From positions 2,266,044 to 2,330,043 of the forward strand of contig CM082588.2 in assembly GCA_040954595.2 (NCBI GenBank): a DNA stretch of 64,000 bases, in the 5' to 3' direction. Positions 53,501 through 64,000 of this stretch are shown one piece after another. The first letter of the stretch is position 1, and every line of letters starts with the position of its first letter. The notes beneath the pieces were generated by a model. The model did not search any database. It had not been told where the DNA came from and saw only the letters and a list, made by a program, of their open reading frames with translations. Made by a program: the position numbers and the translations under genes. The DNA comes from Balanoglossus misakiensis (lineage: Eukaryota > Animalia > Hemichordata).

Positions 53501-56500
53501 TTTCGCGAAGTCGAAAAATTGACATTTCTGGATGATTTTCATGAGCTATAACCCATGGTTTTTGTCGAAAAAGCACCAAATTTTGATATTTCGCGAAGTC
53601 GAAAAATTGACATTTCTGGATGATTTTCATGAGCTATAACCCATGGTTTTTGTCGAAAAACCACCAAATTTTGAAATTTCGCGATGTCGAAAAATTGACA
53701 TTTCTGGATGATTTTCATGAGCTATAACCCATGGTTTTTGTCGAAAAACCACCAAATTTTGAAATTTCGCGATGTCGAAAAATTGACATTTCTGGATGAT
53801 TTTCATGAGCTATAACCCATGGTTTTTGTCGAAAAAGCACCAAATTTTGAAATGTCGCGAAGTCGAAAAATTGACATTTCTAGATGATTTTCATGAGCTA
53901 TAACCCATGGTTTTTGTCGAAAAACCACCAAATTTTGAAATGTCGCGAAGTCGAAAAATTGACATTTCTGGATGATTTTCATGAGCTATAACCCATGGTT
54001 TTTGTCGAAAAAGCACCAAATTTTGAAATTTCGCGAAGTCGAAAAATTGACATTTCTGGATGATTTTCATGAGCTATAACCCATGGTTTTTGTCGAAAAA
54101 GCACCAAATTTTGAAATTTCGCGAAGTCGAAAAATTGACATTTCTGGATGATTTTCATGATCTATAACCCATGGTTTTTGTCGAAAAAGCACCAAATTTT
54201 GAAATTTCGAGAAGTCGAAAAATTGACATTTCTGGATGATTTTCATGAGCTATAACCCATGGTTTTTGTCGAAAAACCACCAAATTTTGAAATTTCGCGA
54301 AGTCGAAAAATTGACATTTCTGGATGATTTTCATGAGCTATAACCCATGGTTTTTGTCGAAAAACCACCAAATTTTGAAATTTCGCGAAGTCGAAAAATT
54401 GACATTTCTGGATCATTTTCATGAGCTATAACCCATGGTTTTTGTCGAAAAAGCACCAAATTTTGAAATTTCGCGAAGTCGAAAAATTGACATTTCTGGA
54501 TGATTTTCATGAGCTATAACCCATGGTTTTTGTCGAAAAAGCACCAAATTTTGAAATGTCGCGAAGTCGAAAAATTGACATTTCTAGATGATTTTCATGA
54601 GCTATAACCCATGGTTTTTGTCGAAAAACCACCAAATTTTGAAATGTCGCGAAGTCGAAAAATTGACATTTCTGGATGATTTTCATGAGCTATAACCCAT
54701 GGTTTTTGTCGAAAAACCACCAAATTCTGAAATTTCGCGAAGTCGAAAAATTGACATTTCTGGATGATTTTCATGAGCTATAACCCATGGTTTTTGTCGA
54801 AAAACCACCAAATTTTGAAATTTCGCGAAGTCGAAAAATTGACATTTCTGGATGATTTTCATGAGCTATAACCCATGGTTTTTGTCGAAAAACCACCAAA
54901 TTTTGAAATTTCGCGAAGTCGAAAAATTGACATTTCTGGATGATTTTCATGAGCTATAACCCATGGTTTTTGTCGAAAAACCACCAAATTTTGAAATTTC
55001 GCGAAGTCGAAAAATTGACATTTCTGGATGATTTTCATGAGCTATAACCCATGGTTTTTGTCGAAAAACCACCAAATTTTGAAATTTCGCGAAGTCGAAA
55101 AATTGACATTTCTGGATGATTTTCATGAGCTATAACCCATGGTTTTTGTCGAAAAACCACCAAATTTTGAAATTTCGCGAAGTCGAAAAATTGACATTTC
55201 TGGATGATTTTCATGAGCTATAACCCATGGTTTTTGTCGAAAAACCACCAAACTTTGAAATTTCGCGAAGTCGAAAAATTGACATTTCTGGATGATTTTC
55301 ATGAGCTATAACCCATGGTTTTTGTCGAAAAACCACCAAATTTTGAAATTTCGAGAAGTCGAAAAATTGACATTTCTGGATGATTTTCATGAGCTATAAC
55401 CCATGGTTTTTGTCGAAAAAGCACCAAATTTTGAAATTTCGCGAAGTCGAAAAATTGACATTTCTGGATGATTTTCATGAGCTATAACCCATGGTTTTTG
55501 TCGAAAAACCACCAAATTCTGAAATTTCGCGAAGTCGAAAAATTGACATTTCTGGATGATTTTCATGAGCTATAACCCATGGTTTTTGTCGAAAAACCAC
55601 CAAATTTTAAAATTTCGCGAAGTCGAAAAATTGACATTTCTGGATGATTTTCATGAGCTATAACCCATGGTTTTTGTCGAAAAACCACCAAATTTTGAAA
55701 TTTCGCGAAGTCGAAAAATTGACATTTCTGGATGATTTTCATGAGCTATAACCCATGGTTTTTGTCGAAAAACCACCAAATTTTGAAATTTCGCGATGTC
55801 GAAAAATTGACATTTCTGGATGATTTTCATGAGCTATAACCCATGGTTTTTGTCGAAAAACCACCAAATTTTGAAATTTCGCGATGTCGAAAAATTGACA
55901 TTTCTGGATGATTTTCATGAGCTATAACCCATGGTTTTTGTCGAAAAAGCACCAAATTTTGAAATGTCGCGAAGTCGAAAAATTGACATTTCTAGATGAT
56001 TTTCATGAGCTATAACCCATGGTTTTTGTCGAAAAACCACCAAATTTTGAAATGTCGCGAAGTCGAAAAATTGACATTTCTGGATGATTTTCATGAGCTA
56101 TAACCCATGGTTTTTGTCGAAAAAGCACCAAATTTTGAAATTTCGCGAAGTCGAAAAATTGACATTTCTGGATGATTTTCATGAGCTATAACCCATGGTT
56201 TTTGTCGAAAAAGCACCAAATTTTGAAATTTCGCGAAGTCGAAAAATTGACATTTCTGGATGATTTTCATGATCTATAACCCATGGTTTTTGTCGAAAAA
56301 GCACCAAATTTTGAAATTTCGAGAAGTCGAAAAATTGACATTTCTGGATGATTTTCATGAGCTATAACCCATGGTTTTTGTCGAAAAACCACCAAATTTT
56401 GAAATTTCGCGAAGTCGAAAAAATTGACATTTCTGGATGATTTTCATGAGCTATAACCCATGGTTTTTGTCGAAAAACCACCAAATTTTGAAATTTCGCG

Positions 56501-59500
56501 AAGTCGAAAAATTGACATTTCTGGATCATTTTCATGAGCTATAACCATGGTTTTTGTCGAAAAAGCACCAAATTTTGAAATTTCGCGAAGTCGAAAAATT
56601 GACATTTCTGGATGATTTTCATGAGCTATAACCCATGGTTTTTGTCGAAAAAGCACCAAATTTTGAAATGTCGCGAAGTCGAAAAATTGACATTTCTAGA
56701 TGATTTTCATGAGCTATAACCCATGGTTTTTGTCGAAAAACCACCAAATTTTGAAATGTCGCGAAGTCGAAAAATTGACATTTCTGGATGATTTTCATGA
56801 GCTATAACCCATGGTTTTTGTCGAAAAACCACCAAATTTCTGAAATTTCGCGAAGTCGAAAAATTGACATTTCTGGATCATTTTCATGAGCTATAACCCA
56901 TGGTTTTTGTCGAAAAACCACCAAATTTTGAAATTTCGCGAAGTCGAAAAATTGACATTTCTGGATGATTTTCATGAGCTATAACCCATGGTTTTTGTCG
57001 AAAAACCACAAAATTTTGAAATTTCGCGAAGTCGAAAAATTGACATTTCTGGATGATTTTCATGAGCTATAACCCATGGTTTTTGTCGAAAAACCACCAA
57101 ATTTTGAAATTTCGCGAAGTCGAAAAATTGACATTTCTGGATGATTTTCATGAGCTATAACCCATGGTTTTTGTCGAAAAACCACCAAATTTTGAAATTT
57201 CGCGAAGTCGAAAAATTGACATTTCTGGATGATTTTCATGAGCTATAACCCATGGTTTTTGTCGAAAAACCACCAAATTTTGAAATTTCGCGAAGTCGAA
57301 AAATTGACATTTCTGGATGATTTTCATGAGCTATAACCCATGGTTTTTGTCGAAAAACCACCAAACTTTGAAATTTCGCGAAGTCGAAAAATTGACATTT
57401 CTGGATGATTTTCATGAGCTATAACCCATGGTTTTTGTCGAAAAACCACCAAATTTTGAAATTTCGAGAAGTCGAAAAATTGACATTTCTGGATGATTTT
57501 CATGAGCTATAACCCATGGTTTTTGTCGAAAAAGCACCAAATTTTGAAATTTCGCGAAGTCGAAAAATTGACATTTCTGGATGATTTTCATGAGCTATAA
57601 CCCATGGTTTTTGTCGAAAAACCACCAAATTCTGAAATTTCGCGAAGTCGAAAAATTGACATTTCTGGATGATTTTCATGAGCTATAACCCATGGTTTTT
57701 GTCGAAAAACCACCAAATTTTAAAATTTCGCGAAGTCGAAAAATTGACATTTCTGGATGATTTTCATGAGCTATAACCCATGGTTTTTGTCGAAAAACCA
57801 CCAAATTTTGAAATTTCGCGAAGTCGAAAAATTGACATTTCTGGATGATTTTCATGAGCTATAACCCATGGTTTTTGTCGAAAAACCACCAAATTCTGAA
57901 ATTTCGCGAAGTCGAAAAATTGACATTTCTGGATGATTTTCATGAGCTATAACCCATGGTTTTTGTCGAAAAACCACCAAATTTTAAAATTTCGCGAAGT
58001 CGAAAAATTGACATTTCTGGATGATTTTCATGAGCTATAACCCATGGTTTTTGTCGAAAAACCACCAAATTTTGAAATTTCGCGAAGTCGAAAAATTGAC
58101 ATTTCTGGATGATTTTCATGAGCTATAACCCATGGTTTTTGTCGAAAAACCACCAAATTTTGAAATTTCGCGAAGTCGAAAAATTGACATTTCTGGATGA
58201 TTTTCATGAGCTATAACCCATGGTTTTTGTCGAAAAACCACCAAATTTTGAAATTTCGCGAAGTCGAAAAATTGACATTTCTGGATGATTTTCATGAGCT
58301 ATAACCCATGGTTTTTGTCGAAAAACCACAAATTTTGAAATTTCGCGAAGTCGAAAAATTGACATTTCTGGATGATTTTCATGAGCTATAACCCATGGTT
58401 TTTGTCGAAAAACCACCAAATTTTGAAATTTCGCGAAGTCGAAAAATTGACATTTCTGGATGATTTTCATGAGCTATAACCCATGGTTTTTGTCGAAAAA
58501 CCACCAAATTTTGAAATTTCGCGAAGTCGAAAAATTGACATTTCTGGATGATTTTCATGAGCTATAACCCATGGTTTTTGTCGAAAAAGCACCAAATTTT
58601 GAAATTTCGCGAAGTCGAAAAATTGACATTTCTGGATGATTTTCATGAGCTATAACCCATGGTTTTTGTCGAAAAAGCACCAAATTTTGAAATTTCGCGA
58701 AGTCGAAAAATTGACATTTCTGGATGATTTTCACGAGCTATAACCCATGGTTTTTGTCGAAAAACCACCAAATTTTGAAATTTCGCGAAGTCGAAAAATT
58801 GACATTTCTGGATGATTTTCACGAGCTATAACCCATGGTTTTTGTCGAAAAAGCACCAAATTTTGAAATTTCGCGAAGTCGAAAATTGACATTTCTGGAT
58901 GATTTGCACGAGCTATAACCCATGGTTTTTGTCGAAAAAGCACCAAATTTTGAAATTTCGCGATGTCGAAAAATTGACATTTCTTGATGATTTTCATGAG
59001 CTATAACCCATGGTTTTTGTCGGAAAACCACCAAATTTTGAAATTTCGCGAAGTCGAAAAATTGACATTTCTGGATGATTTTCATGAGCTATAACCCATG
59101 GTTTTTGTCGAAAAACCACAAATTTTTGAAATTTCGCGAAGTCGAAAAATTGACATTTCTGGATGATTTTCATGAGCTATAACCCATGGTTTTTGTCGAA
59201 AAACCACCAAATTTTGAAATTTCGCGAAGTCGAAAAATTGACATTTCTGGATGATTTTCATGAGCTATAACCCATGGTTTTTGTCGAAAAACCACCAAAT
59301 TTTGAAATTTCGCGAAGTCGAAAAATTGACATTTCTGGATGATTTTCATGAGCTATAACCCATGGTTTTGTCGAAAAAGCACCAAATTTTGAAATTTCGC
59401 GAAGTCGAAAAATTGACATTTCTGGATGATTTTCATGAGCTATAACCCATGGTTTTTGTCGAAAAAGCACCAAATTTTGAAATTTCGCGAAGTCGAAAAA

Positions 59501-62500
59501 TTGACATTTCTGGATGATTTTCACGAGCTATAACCCATGGTTTTTGTCGAAAAACCACCAAATTTTGAAATTTCGCGAAGTCGAAAAATTGACATTTCTG
59601 GATGATTTTCACGAGCTATAACCCATGGTTTTTGTCGAAAAAGCACCAAATTTTGAAATTTCGCGAAGTCGAAAAATTGACATTTCTGGATGATTTTCAC
59701 GAGCTATAACCCATGGTTTTTGTCGAAAAAGAACCAAATTTTGAAATTTCGCGATGTCGAAAAATTGACATTTCTTGATGATTTTCATGAGCTATAACCC
59801 ATGGTTTTTGTCGGAAAACCACCAAATTTTGAAATTTCGCGAAGTCGAAAAATTGACATTTCTGGATGATTTTCATGAGCTATAACCCATGGTTTTTGTC
59901 GAAAAACCACCAAATTTTGAAATTTCGCGAAGTCGAAAAATTGACATTTCTGGATGATTTTCATGAGCTATAACCCATGGTTTTTGTCGAAAAACCACCA
60001 AATTTTGAAATTTCGCGAAGTCGAAAAATTGACATTTCTGGATGATTTTCATGAGCTATAACCCATGGTTTTTGTCGAAAAACCACCAAATTTTGAAATT
60101 TCGCGAAGTCGAAAAATTGACATTTCTGGATGATTTTCACGAGCTATAACCCATGGTTTTTGTCGAAAAAGCACCAAATTTTGAAATTTCGCGATGTCGA
60201 AAAATTGACATTTCTGGATGATTTTCATGAGCTATAACCCATGGTTTTTGTCGGAAAACCACCAAATTTTGAAATTTCGCGAAGTCGAAAAATTGACATT
60301 TCTGGATGATTTTCATGAGCTATAACCCATGGTTTTTGTCGAAAAACCACCAAATTTTGAAATTTCGCGAAGTCGAAAAATTGACATTTCTGGATGATTT
60401 TCATGAGCTATAACCCATGGTTTTTGTCGAAAAACCACCAAATTTTGAAATTTCGCGAAGTCGAAAAATTGACATTTCTGGATGATTTTCATGAGCTATA
60501 ACCCATGGTTTTTGTCGAAAAACCACCAAATTTTGAAATTTCGCGAAGTCGAAAAATTGACATTTCTGGATGATTTTCATGAGCTATAACCCATGGTTTT
60601 TGTCGAAAAACCACCAAATTTTGAAATTTCGCGAAGTCGAAAAATTGACATTTCTGGATGATTTTCATGAGCTATAACCCATGGTTTTTGTGGAAAAACC
60701 ACCAAATTTTGAAATTTCGCGAAGTCGAAAAATTGACATTTCTGGATGATTTTCATGAGCTATAACCCATGGTTTTTGTCGAAAAACCACCAGATTTTGA
60801 AATTTCGCGAAGTCGAAAAATTGACATTTCTGGATGATTTTCATGAGCTATAACCCATGGTTTTTGTCGAAAAACCACCAAATTTTGAAATTTCGCGAAG
60901 TCGAAAAATTGACATTTCTGGATGATTTTCATGAGCTATAACCCATGGTTTTTGTCGAAAAACCACCAAATTTTGAATTTCGCGAAGTCGAAAAATTGAC
61001 ATTTCTGGATGATTTTCATGAGCTATAACCCATGGTTTTTGTCGAAAAAGCACCAAATTTTGAAATTTCGCGAAGTCGAAAAATTGACATTTCTGGATGA
61101 TTTTCATGAGCTATAACCCATGGTTTTTGTCGAAAAAGCACCAAATTTTGAAATTTCGCGAAGTCGAAAAATTGACATTTCTGGATGATTTTCATGAGCT
61201 ATAACCCATGGTTTTTGTCGAAAAAGCACCAAATTTTGAAATTTCGCGAAGTCGAAAAATTGACATTTCTGGATGATTTTCATGAGCTATAACCCATGGT
61301 TTTTGTCGAAAAACCACCAAATTTTGAAATTTCGCGAAGTCGAAAAATTGACATTTCTGGATGATTTTCATGAGCTATAACCCATGGTTTTTGTCGAAAA
61401 ACCACCAAATTTTGAAATTTCGCGAAGTCGAAAAATTGACATTTCTGGATGATTTTCATGAGCTATAACCCATGGTTTTTGTGGAAAAACCACCAAATTT
61501 TGAAATTTCGCGAAGTCGAAAAATTGACATTTCTGGATGATTTTCATGAGCTATAACCCATGGTTTTTGTCGAAAAACCACCAAATTTTGAAATTTCGCG
61601 AAGTCGAAAAATTGACATTTCTGGATGATTTTCATGAGCTATAACCCATGGTTTTTGTCAAAAAACCACCAAATTTTGAAATTTCGCGAAGTCGAAAAAT
61701 TGACATTTCTGGATGATTTTCATGAGCTATAACCCATGGTTTTTGTCGAAAAACCACCAAATTTTGAAATTTCGCGAAGTCGAAAAATTGACATTTCTGG
61801 ATGATTTTCATGAGCTATAACCCATGGTTTTTGTCGAAAAAGCACCAAATTTTGAAATTTCGCGAAGTCGAAAAATTGACATTTCTGGATGATTTTCATG
61901 AGCTATAACCCATGGTTTTTGTCGAAAAAGCACCAAATTTTGAAATTTCGCGAAGTCGAAAAATTGACATTTCTGGATGATTTTCATGAGCTATAACCCA
62001 TGGTTTTTGTCGAAAAAGCACCAAATTTTGAAATTTCGCGAAGTCGAAAAATTGACATTTCTGCATGATTTTCATGAGCTATAACCCATGGTTTTTGTCG
62101 AAAAAGCACCAAATTTTGAAATTTCGCGAAGTCGAAAAATTGACATTTCTGGATGATTTTCATGAGCTATAACCCATGGTTTTTGTCGAAAAACCACCAA
62201 ATTTTGAAATTTCGCGAAGTCGAAAAATTGACATTTCTGGATGATTTTCATGAGCTATAACCCATGGTTTTTGTCGAAAAAGCACCAAATTTTGAAATTT
62301 CGCGAAGTCGAAAAATTGACATTTCTGGATGATTTTCATGAGCTATAACCCATGGTTTTTGTCGAAAAAGCACCAAATTTTGAAATTTCGCGAAGTCGAA
62401 AAATTGACATTTCTGGATGATTTTCATGAGCTATAACCCATGGTTTTTGTCGAAAAACCACCAAATTTTGAAATTTCGCGAAGTCGAAAAATTGACATTT

Positions 62501-64000
62501 CTGGATGATTTTCATGAGCTATAACCCATGGTTTTTGTCGAAAAACCACCAAATTCTGAAATTTCGCGAAGTCGAAAAATTGACATTTCTGGATGATTTT
62601 CATGAGCTATAACCCATGGTTTTTGTCGAAAAACCACCAAATTTTAAAATTTCGCGAAGTCGAAAAATTGACATTTCTGGATGATTTTCATGAGCTATAA
62701 CCCATGGTTTTTGTCGAAAAACCACCAAATTCTGAAATTTCGCGAAGTCGAAAAATTGACATTTCTGGATGATTTTCATGAGCTATAACCATGGTTTTTG
62801 TCGAAAAACCACCAAATTTTGAAATTTCGCGAAGTCGAAAAATTGACATTTCTGGATGATTTTCATGAGCTATAACCCATGGTTTTTGTCGAAAAACCAC
62901 CAAATTTTGAAATTTCGCAAAGTCGAAAAATTGACATTTCTGGATGATTTTCATGAGCTATAACCCATGGTTTTTGTCGAAAAACCACCAAATTTTGAAA
63001 TTTCGCGAAGTCGAAAAATTGACATTTCTGGATGATTTTCATGAGCTATAACCCATGGTTTTTGTCGAAAAACCACCAATTTTTGAAATTTCGCGAAGTC
63101 GAAAAATTGACATTTCTGGATGATTTTCATGAGCTATAACCCATGGTTTTTGTCGAAAAACCACCAAATTTGAAATTTCGCGAAGTCGAAAAATTGACAT
63201 TTCTGGATGATTTTCATGAGCTTATAACCCATGGTTTTTGTCGAAAAACCACCAAATTTTGAAATTTCGCGAAGTCGAAAAATTGACATTTCTGGATGAT
63301 TTTCATGAGCTATAACCCATGGTTTTTGTCGAAAAACCACCAAATTTTGAAATTTCGCGAAGTCGAAAAATTGACATTTCTGGATGATTTTCATGAGCTA
63401 TAACCCATGGTTTTTGTCGAAAAACCACCAATTTTTGAAATTTCGCGAAGTCGAAAAATTGACATTTCTGGATGATTTTCATGAGCTATAACCCATGGTT
63501 TTTGTCGAAAAACCACCAATTTTTGAAATTTCGCGAAGTCGAAAAATTGACATTTCTGGATGATTTTCATGAGCTATAACCCATGGTTTTTGTCGAAAAA
63601 GCACCAAATTTTGAAATTTCGCGAAGTCGAAAAATTGACATTTCTGGATGATTTTCACGAGCTATAACCCATGGTTTTTGTCGAAAAAGCACCAAATTTT
63701 GAAATTTCGCGATGTCGAAAAATTGACATTTCTGGATGATTTTCATGAGCTATAACCCATGGTTTTTGTCGGAAAACCACCAAATTTTTAAATTTCGCGA
63801 AGTCGAAAAATTGACATTTCTGGATGATTTTCATGAGCTATAACCCATGGTTTTTGTCGAAAAACCACCAAATTTTGAAATTTCGCGAAGTCGAAAAATT
63901 GACATTTCTGGATGATTTTCATGAGCTATAACCCCCATGGTTTTTGTCGAAAAACCACCCAAATTTTGAAATTTCGCGAAGTCGAAAAATTGACATTTCT
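50542..64000. repeat. 88-bp tandem satellite array, about 150 copies, running off the window end
   Basis: Monomer GAGCTATAACCCATGGTTTTTGTCGAAAAA(G/C)CACCAAATTTTGAAATTTCGCGA(A/T)GTCGAAAAATTGACATTTCTGGATGATTTTCAT. The period is confirmed by identical line phase every 1320 bp (15x88). Copies typically differ by 0-3 substitutions. Confidence 0.99.

Noticed and set aside
56444-63394. Minus-strand ORFs of 71-88 aa in the satellite (MKIIQKCQFFDF...)
   Set aside because: They arise only where 1-nt indels shift the frame between monomers, and are translations of the repeat rather than genes.
50542-64000. CRISPR array interpretation of the long repeat
   Set aside because: The monomers are contiguous with no unique spacers, there are no cas genes, and the context is eukaryotic. 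It is a tandem satellite.
56420-64000. Single-base indels in satellite homopolymers as biological variants
   Set aside because: They are singletons, mostly in A/T/C runs, and appear only in the distal part. Consensus error is as likely as real mutation, so they were not used as evidence.

Overview
Eukaryotic (metazoan) genomic DNA. Gene content, intron structure and repeats suggest an invertebrate deuterostome, but this is inference only. From left to right: (1) a 5.6-kb non-coding region rich in E-box, RFX X-box and CRE motifs; (2) an 8-exon GPI-anchored ecto-5'-nucleotidase (NT5E/CD73-like, +); (3) a 12-finger C2H2 zinc-finger gene (-); (4) a 12-exon RBBP4/7 gene (-), head-to-head with (5) a REPS1/2 gene of about 22 exons (+) that has several candidate cassette exons and microexons; (6) a 7-finger C2H2 gene (+); (7) an intronless divergent class-A GPCR (+); (8) from about 50.5 kb to the window end, a highly homogeneous 88-bp satellite of about 150 copies with nested 18-, 24-, 9- and 3-monomer duplications. 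Two TTAA-flanked Kolobok-type MITEs are also present. Exon boundaries were read by eye and checked for reading-frame continuity; no database searches were run. I found no clear-cut new biological system. The best leads are the satellite higher-order structure, two structured intronic RNA candidates in RBBP4, the Rbfox-flanked microexons of REPS, and the 4x3-finger architecture of the first ZNF.
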